64,000 nt of DNA from Vampirovibrio chlorellavorus (GCA_001858525.1 LAPX01000009.1:3922-67921); one strand, 5' to 3'. Counted from the first letter of the stretch, positions 19,379 to 29,415 are shown. The notes: generated from the letters alone by a model not told the origin. Numbers and translations: made by a program.

Positions 19379-20926
19379 TTAGCAAGGAGCGGGGCTGCTG
19401 CTTTGACGAAGCGCTTCCACAATGGCCTCATCGGCTTTGAGTAGCGAACTGGTTTCAATTTGCGCTGCGCTCCACGTGGCTTTCCCTTCAATGCGCAATG
19501 CGCCGCCTTGGCGTTGGGCCAGGCAAGCTTGCACCTCAGCAATCCGCTGGGTGGCAACATCCAGTAGTGATTGACCAGATTGGCTGGCCAGTGCTGCGGC
19601 CACCCCCACGCCTTCGCCCAGCAGGGCATTGTGTTGCACGATGCGCCCTGCACCTTGCTCAATGGGAGAATATCCGGCTGAACGGCTGACAAAAGCAAAA
19701 TTCTGGAGGGCCTGAGTGGCCGGTAGAGCCACCCCTAAACCTACATTGAAGATAGGCTTTGGCAAATGCTCACCGGGGTATAGCTTCCACAACTGGGTAC
19801 CCCGCAGATCCAGCCAGTAAGAGAATGTGCCGATGGCCTTTTCGGGTGGGACGCCCCCTTCAATGGCTTGCCGGGCGGTCAGAGTCTCTAAGGAAAGCAG
19901 GTTGACGGTCTGGCGCACATAAAGCTCGGAGGGGGGGATGACAGAGACATGCGGAAACGGGCCTTTCTCTTTGAGGTAGCGTTCAAAGTGGCGCATTTCC
20001 TGTTGTAGCAATGCCGGGGTGGGGCCGCCTTGTGATAGGGCGATCAAGGCTCTCAATTCCAGATTCAGCGCATTAACCTGGGCCACCAGCCCATTAAAAC
20101 CCAGGCTGCCATCCCTGAGGCGAGAAACATTCCCCCCATCAATGAATATATCGGCGTTGGCGTAACTGGCCGCGGATCCGTGACGCCATAGGTGGTAATC
20201 AATCCCGATGACCGGGTTCAAAATATCCAAATAATCCTGATCCGGCGGGGCAAAGGTGGGTCGGGTGATGTATTCAGCCCGAAGCTCTGGGGGATGATAA
20301 GGTAAGGCCTCTTCTAAAATGCGGGGCAACTCTGGGTTTTGACGCAACCGGGCCTCAAAGGCCTGAAATTCGTCCACCGACAAGCCGGTGAGCCGAAATA
20401 CCGGAGAAACGCCTAAAAAGTTCTGGTCGGCTCCCAAAATCCCGCCCAAGCCTTCAATAAAGGGTAATTCCAGCGAACGGGCCACATCCGCATCGGGGGT
20501 GGCGTCAATCACCACCAAGGGATGTAATACTTCAGGATTCAGGGCGTCACAGGTGCCATTTGGGTGTGTGAGCACAGCTTGCTCTGGAAAGCCCTCCGGG
20601 TTCAGGATCAGTTGAACTTCCACCCCGCTGATCACCTTGATATGGGCCTCAGCCAGCATGGCTTCAAGCACGGCATCAGCCTTGTCCGGGTTTAAAGCCA
20701 CCCGAATAAAACCACAGCGGTTTAAAAACTCTTGAAACAGCCCGCAGAGGAGATCCGGGGTGATGTCCATGTATGATAAGCCCCCTCGAACGGAGAGCCC
20801 ACCCAAGGGGCCGGTGCTGCGTCTTGCCAAAATAGTTCTTGCTCCAGCCCGGCTGGCCGAAACGGCGGTCAAGATGCTTTCAACCTCATCTCCAACCACC
20901 AGCACCTGGCATTGTGTAGTGCTCAT
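19379..20926 (-). CDS. FAD-dependent oxidoreductase (FAD_oxidored-like)
   Basis: N-terminal degenerate Rossmann fold (VLVVGDEVE..A..A), LGGLSVRGGL, VIDATPDADVA, GEGVGVAAALA. Confidence 0.75.
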   Translation of the reverse strand: MSTTQCQVLVVGDEVESILTAVSASRAGARTILARRSTGPLGGLSVRGGLSYMDITPDLLCGLFQEFLNRCGFIRVALNPDKADAVLEAMLAEAHIKVISGVEVQLILNPEGFPEQAVLTHPNGTCDALNPEVLHPLVVIDATPDADVARSLELPFIEGLGGILGADQNFLGVSPVFRLTGLSVDEFQAFEARLRQNPELPRILEEALPYHPPELRAEYITRPTFAPPDQDYLDILNPVIGIDYHLWRHGSAASYANADIFIDGGNVSRLRDGSLGFNGLVAQVNALNLELRALIALSQGGPTPALLQQEMRHFERYLKEKGPFPHVSVIPPSELYVRQTVNLLSLETLTARQAIEGGVPPEKAIGTFSYWLDLRGTQLWKLYPGEHLPKPIFNVGLGVALPATQALQNFAFVSRSAGYSPIEQGAGRIVQHNALLGEGVGVAAALASQSGQSLLDVATQRIAEVQACLAQRQGGALRIEGKATWSAAQIETSSLLKADEAIVEALRQSSSPAPC

Positions 20927-20937
20927 GACGGCCCTGC

Positions 20938-21462
20938 CTATTGCCCAGGGCTAGTCTGATTTTGCGGTTGTCGGGGCTGGTTCTTCAATTCGTCAATTTC
21001 TAGTAAAGGGGGGCCGCTGTTCACTTCCAGTTCCCCCCAGTATCCGGCCAAAAAGTAGGTGTCCCCTTGCTTGTAGAAGTAGTCAATGGCCCCGTAATCC
21101 ACGGTGCCTGAGGCTGGGTCGATATAGGGTTGAATACGACTCTGCCATTTGACTTGTTCCATATTGGGAAAGAAAATGCGGCCTCTACGGTAGCTGAACT
21201 TGGGGCTTTCTTCTTCCCCTTCCTTGCTCATGTCAAAGCCTTCTGGAATTTCACCTTCCTCATCATCCTGATCGTGTGATTCCAGCTTCACAGGGGCTTC
21301 CGGTGGGGTGTACAGCGGGTACTTCTCATTGATGGCCAACTCCAGCTGGAAATCGACAAAGCTCATGGTGGTTTTCAGGTTCAGCACAAAGCTCTCTTCC
21401 AGAACCACCGTATCAAAACCGCCCCCAAAGTCTGTGTAGTTGACCCGTTCCATCATCCGCAC
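20938..21462 (-). CDS. Hypothetical acidic protein
   Basis: Co-oriented with the downstream oxidoreductase; no assignable family. Confidence 0.6.
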   Translation of the reverse strand: MRMMERVNYTDFGGGFDTVVLEESFVLNLKTTMSFVDFQLELAINEKYPLYTPPEAPVKLESHDQDDEEGEIPEGFDMSKEGEEESPKFSYRRGRIFFPNMEQVKWQSRIQPYIDPASGTVDYGAIDYFYKQGDTYFLAGYWGELEVNSGPPLLEIDELKNQPRQPQNQTSPGQ

Positions 21463-21555
21463 CTATATTCCGCAAAACAGTACCAATTATTATTATACGC
21501 ATTGCAGTCGGGTTATGGGGGATTCTGGAGACAAGCCGCTATGGGACTTGTGTTG

Positions 21556-22038
21556 TTAACCGTAGTACTTCAGGGTGAACTGTTTGTAGGCAATCATCCC
21601 GAAAATACCAACGGCCGGAAGGGCGTAGATGTAACTGTCCACATCGGTGGTCAGGAAGCGAGGCATAAAGCGGGAATACAATCCGCCAATGGTGTGAATG
21701 TCCTGGTATGACAACCATCCAAACAGCAGCAGGGAGATTAGACCCAGGGTAAACAATCCCAGTCCCCCGCTTTCATCTTCCATCTTTTGCCGTATTAATA
21801 CACCGGAAATAAACGTACTCAGTAACAGCAGGGTGGGAGCCATCCAGCTATCCGTGTAAAGGTTGTTTTGGGTGAAAAAGTAGACCGCCCAGTTCACCAC
21901 AATCAGGGTTAACATTGGCAGAATGGAAAAATAGATTAAGAGGAATAGTCCCTGGAAAAATGAGGCCAAAAAGCCTTTGGAAGTGTCTCTATCCGTCTGG
22001 TTGACTGCTGATTGTGACGTCCTAAACAAGCAAAGCAC
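21556..22038 (-). CDS. Hypothetical membrane protein (start uncertain)
   Basis: Four hydrophobic segments. Confidence 0.6.
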   Translation of the reverse strand: MLCLFRTSQSAVNQTDRDTSKGFLASFFQGLFLLIYFSILPMLTLIVVNWAVYFFTQNNLYTDSWMAPTLLLLSTFISGVLIRQKMEDESGGLGLFTLGLISLLLFGWLSYQDIHTIGGLYSRFMPRFLTTDVDSYIYALPAVGIFGMIAYKQFTLKYYG

Positions 22039-22178
22039 TCCTTCGGAATAGCGGTTCTGTTGCAGGTATAATAATGGGCAAAGTGATCATAGCTGTTTTC
22101 TAAGTTCCTTTTTCGGCACTTTTTTAATCGACTTTAATTCATTTTTTCAGTTCCCTCTCTCAAGTCAGGAATCCGCTT

Positions 22179-23087
22179 ATGTTTCGTTCCGGTTTTGCCG
22201 CTCTGCTGGGTCGGCCCAATGTGGGAAAATCCACGCTGCTCAACCGTTTGGTGGGCCAAAAAATAGCCATCACCAGCCCGGTGGCCCAAACCACCCGTCA
22301 CCGCATCAAAGGCGTTGTGACTACTGAAAAAGGACAGGTCGTGTTTCTGGATACGCCGGGTTTTTCCAAGCCGCTGGATAAGCTGGGCACCTATTTGACC
22401 GATGAGAGTCTGGCCGCTTTATCGGAAGCGGATGTGTTCTTGATGGTGGTGGATGTCTCCCAGCCGCCTGGCAAAGGGGATGAGTGGGTGGCCACCCAGA
22501 TTCGGGAAACCGGCAAGTTCGTTCTCTTGGTACTGAACAAAAGCGATGTGCTGAAAAACAAGCCGGTGAAGCTGTTGGCGCATCGCAAGGCTTATAACGA
22601 GCTGTTTACCGGCTATCCCAAGATTAAAGCCTTGAGCGTTTCGGCCAAAACCGGCAAGAATATGAGCGAACTGATCGAAACCATCATCCGCAAACTGCCG
22701 GAAGGTCCTGCCTATTATCCGGAAGACGCGGTGACCGATCAGCGACTGCGGGAAATTACCGCTGAAATTATTCGGGAAAAAGTGCTGCTGAACACCCGGG
22801 AGGAGATCCCTCACAGTGTGGCGGTTGGGATTGAGAGCTTTAACGAGAGTGATCCCACCATTACCCACATTGAAGCCACGTTATACGTGGATCAAAAGTC
22901 CCAAAAAGGGATTTTGATTGGACATGCGGGCAGCATGATCAAGGAAATCGGAATCCAGGCCCGTGTGGAGATTGAAACGCTGCTGGAACAGAAAGTGCAT
23001 TTGGCCCTGAACGTGAAACTGAAGGAAAACTGGCGTAAGGATAAAATCTTCCTGAAATCCCTGGGACTGGCCCCACCAGAGCATTAG
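22179..23087 (+). CDS. era: GTPase Era
   Basis: GRPNVGKST, QTTR, DTPG, NKSD, EEIPH, KH domain. Confidence 0.97.
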   Translation: MFRSGFAALLGRPNVGKSTLLNRLVGQKIAITSPVAQTTRHRIKGVVTTEKGQVVFLDTPGFSKPLDKLGTYLTDESLAALSEADVFLMVVDVSQPPGKGDEWVATQIRETGKFVLLVLNKSDVLKNKPVKLLAHRKAYNELFTGYPKIKALSVSAKTGKNMSELIETIIRKLPEGPAYYPEDAVTDQRLREITAEIIREKVLLNTREEIPHSVAVGIESFNESDPTITHIEATLYVDQKSQKGILIGHAGSMIKEIGIQARVEIETLLEQKVHLALNVKLKENWRKDKIFLKSLGLAPPEH

Positions 23088-23233
23088 GGCAGGTTTTCCC
23101 AACCGTGTTTTGATTGGCCCGCTCGTCTTTCAGTTAAAATAAACAAGTCTCGTACCGTACTTAGTGCTCTTACCGACAAACCCCAGGCATTAAATACTTT
23201 TCAGCCCCCAGGAACAGCAAAGGAACCAGCTTT

Positions 23234-24124
23234 ATGACCATTTTCCCCTCTCGATATTCTAAACGTTTTGTGGTACAGGCCTTATTGCTGGCGGGTTTGC
23301 TTGCAGGAATCGCTACGCCTTGGGCTTTGGCACAAAACTTACCGGGACAACCCACCGTGGCCCCGGCCATCAAAGCCGGTGGCATCATGGCTCTGGATTT
23401 ACCAGACAGTAGCGCTCAATCGGTTTCTCTGGACATTGTTAAAGGCCGCTTTTCGGATTATTCGGTGGGGCGCATTGTCCTGACCGGTTCCGGCATTGAC
23501 TTTCGCAACGGGACCTTACAGGGGCTAAAAGCCAACATTCTGGAAGGGGATTTTGATAACCTCTTGGTCGACAAACTATCGCTGGTCACACCGGCCTTTT
23601 CCTTTGACACCATGCAGTTGTTGAACAATCGGGCCTTTGTCTTGTCCCAGCCCGTTACCGCCCAAGTCAGTCTGGCCATTACAGAAGCCGGGATCAACCG
23701 CTTTTTGGCCAACCCCAAGACCTTGGGGAAAATTGAAAAATCCCTGCAAAAGCAAACCGGCGGCCTCAAGCTGATTACCTTCTCCAACCCCAGTTTCAGT
23801 TTGCTGGGTGGTAATAAGGTCAAACTGAACTTAACCGGCATAGTGGCCCAAGGGTTGGCTGTGCCGCTGGAAATGACCGGCAAGCTGGCCCTGCAAGACG
23901 GGCAACTCAGCTTGCAAAACTTGCAAATGGCCTCGGGGGGGAATGACTTGAACCTGCCCATGGATGTCTCTAAAACCTTTCAGGACAAAATCAACGAACT
24001 GATTGACCTGAAGCGTCTGGGAAAAAACAGCATGGTCATTTACGCCGATAGCATGAAGGTCAGTGGCAAAACCCTGAATATTGAAGGCCACGCCACCCTG
24101 ACCAAGCTGCAATTTGGGGCTTAA
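23234..24124 (+). CDS. DUF2993/LmeA-like lipid-binding exported protein
   Basis: Signal peptide; beta-rich with ITEAGINRFL-type motif. Confidence 0.6.
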   Translation: MTIFPSRYSKRFVVQALLLAGLLAGIATPWALAQNLPGQPTVAPAIKAGGIMALDLPDSSAQSVSLDIVKGRFSDYSVGRIVLTGSGIDFRNGTLQGLKANILEGDFDNLLVDKLSLVTPAFSFDTMQLLNNRAFVLSQPVTAQVSLAITEAGINRFLANPKTLGKIEKSLQKQTGGLKLITFSNPSFSLLGGNKVKLNLTGIVAQGLAVPLEMTGKLALQDGQLSLQNLQMASGGNDLNLPMDVSKTFQDKINELIDLKRLGKNSMVIYADSMKVSGKTLNIEGHATLTKLQFGA

Positions 24125-24209
24125 TGAATACAATTCAAGGTGAGGTTACCATTACAAACGCCTTGTACCGGTAGTCTCACCCTAATTCTATAACTATTAC
24201 CAGTCCTCT

Positions 24210-24250
24210 AAAAAGTACCCCCGCCAACCGAAGTTGACGGGGGCTTTTTT
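24210..24250. terminator. Bidirectional Rho-independent terminator
   Basis: A-run, CCCCCGCCAAC-cgaa-GTTGACGGGGG, T-run, between convergent genes. Confidence 0.8.
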
Positions 24251-24267
24251 ATGGGCTGATGCGCTGG

Positions 24268-24390
24268 CTATTTGCAGCAGTCAGCGCCGGAACCACAGCA
24301 GGGTCCTGGGCAGCAGCCACTGTTTGCCAAGGCAGCCGCTCCGCCAAAGACGGTGGCCAGCACAATGAGGGTTGCGAATAATTTTTTCAT
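24268..24390 (-). CDS. 40-aa secreted Cys-rich micropeptide MKKLFATLIVLATVFGGAAALANSGCCPGPCCGSGADCCK
   Basis: Manual translation; AGGAG RBS; Sec signal peptide ending in A-L-A; terminator just downstream; below the ORF-track cutoff. Confidence 0.82.
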   Translation of the reverse strand: MKKLFATLIVLATVFGGAAALANSGCCPGPCCGSGADCCK

Positions 24391-24505
24391 AATCGATACT
24401 CCTGAATAGTAATACTGTACTTTTAACGGGTGATCGTTGACAGTCTGCTAAGACTGAAAACGGACACCGGGCTCATTTTCTCCACCGTAAAAAGAGCCCC
24501 GCTTG

Positions 24506-24847
24506 TTAGTTCAGGAGTACACGCAGTTCCAGGTGTCGATTGGACTGATCTGGAATGAACGCCAGATCAGTTCGAGATTGCCCCAAAACGGGCTGCAGGC
24601 CAAGCAGTGCTTGATAATCAAAAGCTACACCCGAAAGGGCCAAATCCGGCAGGGGGCCACTAAAACCCGTCTGATCCAGTTGCGCTTGGGTGGCGGGTTG
24701 CACCACGCAACAAGCCGGCAACTCCTTTTGGACCGCATGCCCCCGACCTTGTTGACAACAGGCGTGAGAGGGTCCGGTAAACAGGCAAAGCGAGGTCAGC
24801 CAAGCGGCTAACGCGACGAAAATGACCAAAAACCGGTTTGATTTCAT
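24506..24847 (-). CDS. DUF2946-like Cys-containing protein
   Basis: N-terminal TM/signal, HACC and PACC motifs, C-terminal P...R..L.VLL. Confidence 0.6.
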   Translation of the reverse strand: MKSNRFLVIFVALAAWLTSLCLFTGPSHACCQQGRGHAVQKELPACCVVQPATQAQLDQTGFSGPLPDLALSGVAFDYQALLGLQPVLGQSRTDLAFIPDQSNRHLELRVLLN

Positions 24848-24939
24848 GTACGATCTCAAGCTGCTAATTTCAGGTTAGCACTTTTCATCAAGACTTGCCA
24901 CAGACTGAAAAGTTTCCTGGGCACGCTGGCAAGAAAGGG

Positions 24940-25875
24940 CTACTTCAGCGATGGGCTCTTGATATCCACCAGGCTGCACCAGTGGCTGTACTTGGGCACT
25001 TTGTTGCGCACCACATCATAGTACAGATCCTGAAGGCGCTGGGTAATGGTGCCAATCTTGCCATCTCCCACCGGGCGATGCTCGATCATGGTCACTGGGG
25101 CAACTTGAGCAGCTGTACCCGTGAAGAAGATCTCCTCGGCCCGGTATAACTCAGTGCGATCCACCACCCGTTCTTCCACCACCAAGCCCAGTTCCTCCCG
25201 GGCCAAGGTCATGATGCTGTCACGGGTGACCCCTTCCAGAATGTTCTCGGTGGAAGGGGGGGTCACCAGCTTGCCTTTGCGCACCAGAAAGACGTTCATG
25301 GCGCTGCCTTCAGAGACATGCCCTTCATTGGTCAGGGAAATAACCTCATCAAAGCCCTTGCGCTTGGCATCGGTAATCATGATGGCGGTGTTCATGTAAG
25401 CCCCGCTGGCCTTGGCCGCAGGTGGAATGGCGTTGTCATCCACCCGGCGCCAGGCCGATACGCAGACGTGCAAGCCATCCCGGGTGTTAACATAGTCGCC
25501 CAGTGGCTGGGTCCAGGCACAGTAGTCGGTTTTCACTTTGTCCAGGAAAGGGCCAATGCTGGAGCCGGACTTATAGATGGTAAAGCGAATGTAGAAATCC
25601 TGTTGATGGGCATTTTTACGGGCCAATTCCTCCGTCATGGCCATCAGCTGCTCCAGGGAAGCTTCCGGGGTCATGTAGAAAATGCGGCTATTGGCCAAAA
25701 TGCGCTCGTAATGCTCTTTCATGCGAAAAATAGAGACTTGGCCGGTTTCCGGCAGCCAGTAGCCGCGGATGCCTTCAAATAGAGCCGTGCCATACAGGAA
25801 GGAATGGTTTTTAATGCCCAGATTGGCTTGCTCGGTGGGGATAAACTGCCCTTCAAAAAAAGAAATGTCACTCAT
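24940..25875 (-). CDS. ilvE: Branched-chain amino acid aminotransferase
   Basis: YGTALFEGIR, AKASGAY, SEGSAMN, ILEGVTR, GTAAQV. Confidence 0.94.
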   Translation of the reverse strand: MSDISFFEGQFIPTEQANLGIKNHSFLYGTALFEGIRGYWLPETGQVSIFRMKEHYERILANSRIFYMTPEASLEQLMAMTEELARKNAHQQDFYIRFTIYKSGSSIGPFLDKVKTDYCAWTQPLGDYVNTRDGLHVCVSAWRRVDDNAIPPAAKASGAYMNTAIMITDAKRKGFDEVISLTNEGHVSEGSAMNVFLVRKGKLVTPPSTENILEGVTRDSIMTLAREELGLVVEERVVDRTELYRAEEIFFTGTAAQVAPVTMIEHRPVGDGKIGTITQRLQDLYYDVVRNKVPKYSHWCSLVDIKSPSLK

Positions 25876-26044
25876 GTTTACTGCTTTCCATGCTTGCGGT
25901 TTGAGTCAGACTCACTGGTTATGAACATACCACAAAGGCACAGGGATTGACCGCTCAGCGCCAGTCCTCAGGCCGGTGCAGAATCGACACAGAGTAAGTC
26001 CACTACCCACCTGCCCAATCGCTATTGACTCAAAATATCAAACG

Positions 26045-26455
26045 TTACTGAAGCAGCAGTTTCCCATTCTCCTGAGGGTAGGCCTTCACCGAAATCAGGC
26101 AGATTTCATTCAACAGGCTTCGGTAGGCCATCCGTTGAAGATTGCCGCAGGAATCCCGGGTGCTGGGCGGCGTTTCTTTCAAATGGATTTCCAGTATCGT
26201 ACCGGGGTCTAAATCCAGCATGCCAAAGGAACGTACTTCAATGCCGTCCAATATTTCGCCAATGGAACGGGTGTTCAGCTTTAGCCGATCTCGTTCTGCC
26301 CAGGCGCCCAGCAGATTATCACTAAAATCATCTTCATAAATCAGCAGAATGGTTTCATAGTCCCGGGCCGCTTCTACCAATCGACGAGTCGAATATCCCA
26401 AGGTATCCGACACAATAATCTCTGGTTTGGTGCTGGCTTCCAGTAAGCGCTCCAT
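26045..26455 (-). CDS. Hypothetical protein
   Basis: Free-standing ATG ORF in an otherwise empty gap. Confidence 0.6.
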   Translation of the reverse strand: MERLLEASTKPEIIVSDTLGYSTRRLVEAARDYETILLIYEDDFSDNLLGAWAERDRLKLNTRSIGEILDGIEVRSFGMLDLDPGTILEIHLKETPPSTRDSCGNLQRMAYRSLLNEICLISVKAYPQENGKLLLQ

Positions 26456-26683
26456 AAAATAGTCTCGCTATATGACTTGATGGCATAAGCTCGGAACTGG
26501 ATAGTTCTGTTATCAATGAGGCGGATACAGTCGCTGAGGTCTATAAAACCACATCATTGCAATGCGTCACAAAAAATCTTTTAAAAGCCAGTTCCGTCAT
26601 ATTGAAGCTATTAGATGTCCTAGGGAGTGAAATGTTCCGGAATGGACTGTATTTTCTAAATCATTTTAAGCATTAGTTAGGGC

Positions 26684-27448
26684 TTAAGACTTAGGAAGGG
26701 CTTTTAAATGAAATTTCAGTTTTTGATAGGCGCTCTCCAAATCCTCTAGGCGTCCTGCTTCCGCCAGCGCTTTTATAGAAGGGATTTCTGCCCACTGCAA
26801 CACTTCTTCGTTACTTAACTGGTGTTCCCGTTGCAAAGCCAGAATTTGGTTGGCTTTGCTCAGCGCTTGGCCCCGGAGATCGGCATCATCACCCATGTTC
26901 TCGCTGACGGGTTCTCTGGCCTTGGTGGCCGCTGTCACTTGGCGTTCGTCTGCCGGTCGCCCTTTGCCTTCGGGAAGTGCCCTTTGCGCGGATGGCTGGG
27001 CTTTGCTTCCAGTGACAACCGGGTGACTGTCCTCTCGTTCCGGATCGTCTTCGGTGGCAATGCCAAAAAACTTCAGGTAGAAGTATTTGTTGGCCCCCGT
27101 GGTGGCCTTGTAAATAGCTTTATCAAAAGCGTCTTCGGCATAGCCGGTAAATTGGGAATCAATGACCTCGCCGGTTTCGGCATCCACCACCCGAAAGAGC
27201 AGGGTGACCGAGGCCCAGTTTTTCCCATCGGCTTTGGTGCCTATCGATTGTTCCAGGGTGGTTGGCAATACCATCAGGCCGTGGTCGTTAAGAATTTGCT
27301 TGACCGTTAAAATATCGGCTTCTGTGGCGTAGTGGTATTTGTGAAAAGCATTAAATCCCCGCTTGGGAACTGATTCGATGGCTTTTTGCACCGTTAGAAT
27401 CTTGGCGTATAGGCCGTGAGGTTTTGATTTTGTAGTGCTGGCGCTCAT
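26684..27448 (-). CDS. ERF-family single-strand annealing protein
   Basis: VPKRGFNAFHKYHYATEADI, DKAIYKATTGANKY..LKFFGIATEDDPE. Confidence 0.85.
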   Translation of the reverse strand: MSASTTKSKPHGLYAKILTVQKAIESVPKRGFNAFHKYHYATEADILTVKQILNDHGLMVLPTTLEQSIGTKADGKNWASVTLLFRVVDAETGEVIDSQFTGYAEDAFDKAIYKATTGANKYFYLKFFGIATEDDPEREDSHPVVTGSKAQPSAQRALPEGKGRPADERQVTAATKAREPVSENMGDDADLRGQALSKANQILALQREHQLSNEEVLQWAEIPSIKALAEAGRLEDLESAYQKLKFHLKALPKS

Positions 27449-27665
27449 AATGGAAGGATCCCCCGATTTTTACAAGACAAACCTGGCGCCCAGCATAAGC
27501 TGAAGGCTGAAAGCACAGCATCCGCCTTGTATGGATTGGAGGTTCAATGTCGTGTGAGCGGAATAAATGTTCCAACTGGTAACTCAGCGGGATATAAAGA
27601 ACGCTGATGCCAGACCCCTCAAGTGTTGATTTCCAGAGAACTCGGGAAATACAAGCCTTTAAAGT

Positions 27666-27794
27666 TTAGAGGAAAAACAGGTAGAAGAAATCAGAAACAG
27701 CACCGCGAATCCGGGTGATTTCTCGCTGGAAACGAAAAACAGAGCGGGTTTTGGTGATCTGTTTGACCTGTTGGAGCAAGTTTGTCTGTGCCAC
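27666..27794 (-). CDS. Possible 42-aa small protein (MAQTNLLQQVKQITKTRSVFRFQREITRIRGAVSDFFYLFFL)
   Basis: GTG start after a CAGGA RBS-like motif in an intergenic gap; no family. Confidence 0.3.
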   Translation of the reverse strand: MAQTNLLQQVKQITKTRSVFRFQREITRIRGAVSDFFYLFFL

Positions 27795-28170
27795 TGTGCC
27801 ATCCTGTCGTGTGCTTATATACTCTAACTACCGTCAATTTAAAAAAGTGCTTAACTTAAACCATTAAGCAAAAACCAAAGTGGCTTTGAATTTAACCAAT
27901 CCCAATATCTAGAGCGGCGAAATTCGATCTGATTAGCGAGCAGTAACAAAAAAGTTAAAAATTGATTTTAGGCCGTCTTGTACTTTAATGTGCTCAAGTC
28001 GCTCAAACAATTGCCTTACTGGTTCATTATATATAACCTATCGGCAAAAATAAACGTTCCTGAAGGGTTTGAGGTTAAAGAATTTGTAAAGATCCTCCTT
28101 TTGATTGACGCTTTCGGGCTATCTTTTGGATTCCAGATCCTGGATGATCGGTGTTCGTTGTTGATACTTA

Positions 28171-29415
28171 TTGGGAATACAGGCTTTGTCTTACCGGGTA
28201 TTGTTCATTTGTCATGATGGCGATTTATACGGCTCTCAACGCAGTCTGAATCTAATGGTGGCTAATCTTCCGCCGTCGGAGTACCAGTGCCTGGTGTCTT
28301 TGGCCAGAACCGGCCCGTTGGCCCAGTTGTTGATGCAGTACCCCCATGTTCGGGTGCTGACTCACAAACGCCTGCAATGGGTCAAGCACGACCCCCGTAA
28401 CCTGTGGCAACGAATGGGGGACTGCCTGTCTTTGGCGGTTGCTGTCATTCCCAGAACCTGGTATTTGATCAATACCATCCGCCAGGAAAAAATAAACCTG
28501 GTGCATACTAATGTTACAGTTTCTTTGGAAGGGGCCTTGGCAGCTGCCGTAACCCGGCTTCCCCACGTTTGGCACATTCGGGAACTGTTCATGGAAAAAA
28601 GCCCCAAATTCCACATGGTGCTGGGGCGTCGTTTCAGTCGGTGGATCATTGACCGTTTCTCCGATCAGGTCATTTGTATCTCACAAGCAGTCCGGGCGCA
28701 GTTTGGCCCTTACCTGGCCCAGGACCCGGACAAATACCCCTTAATCTACAACGCCCTGCCCCTCAATCATTTGCCACCACTCTTGCTGTGGAACGATCCC
28801 CAGCGGATTATCCTGAAGGCCCTGGCTTTGGCTTCATTATCCTTGCCGGAAGGTCCCTGCTTTCGGGTGGGTTACATTGGGCGACTGTCGGAAGGAAAAG
28901 GGTTTCATGAGCTGCTGGAGGCCTTTATTGTGCTGAAGGCCCGCAATATGCCGGTGGAATTGCTGGTGGCCGGTAGTTTTGTGGATGCTGCCTATCAGCA
29001 GCGAATTCTTGATCGGGTGGCCGAGTGCGGCTGGCAGGGTTCGATTCATTTTTTGGGACAGCAAGCGGACTTGACCCCTTTGTATGAGGCTATTGACCTC
29101 TTGGTGATCCCGTCCGCCAATGAGCCTTTTGGCCGGGTGGTCATTGAAGCTATGGCCCAGGGCATTCCCTGCATTGGGTCCAACGCCGGGGGGATTCCGG
29201 AAATCATCACCGCCGATGAAACGGGCTGGTTATATCCGCCGGGCCAGGTGGAAGCGCTGGCCGAATTGATGGCGGACTTGAGCAGAAGCTTGTGGAAACT
29301 GGAAACAATTCGTCAAAACGCTAGACGGATGGTTTATGAACGGTTTAACATTGAAACTCAAATCAGGATGTTGCGAGCATGTTATCAGTCGGCGATGATG
29401 CGTCATCAGTTTTAA
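28171..29415 (+). CDS. Glycosyltransferase family 4
   Basis: YGSQRSL, HVWHIRE, GRLSEGKG, EPFGRVVIEAM. Confidence 0.9.
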   Translation: MGIQALSYRVLFICHDGDLYGSQRSLNLMVANLPPSEYQCLVSLARTGPLAQLLMQYPHVRVLTHKRLQWVKHDPRNLWQRMGDCLSLAVAVIPRTWYLINTIRQEKINLVHTNVTVSLEGALAAAVTRLPHVWHIRELFMEKSPKFHMVLGRRFSRWIIDRFSDQVICISQAVRAQFGPYLAQDPDKYPLIYNALPLNHLPPLLLWNDPQRIILKALALASLSLPEGPCFRVGYIGRLSEGKGFHELLEAFIVLKARNMPVELLVAGSFVDAAYQQRILDRVAECGWQGSIHFLGQQADLTPLYEAIDLLVIPSANEPFGRVVIEAMAQGIPCIGSNAGGIPEIITADETGWLYPPGQVEALAELMADLSRSLWKLETIRQNARRMVYERFNIETQIRMLRACYQSAMMRHQF

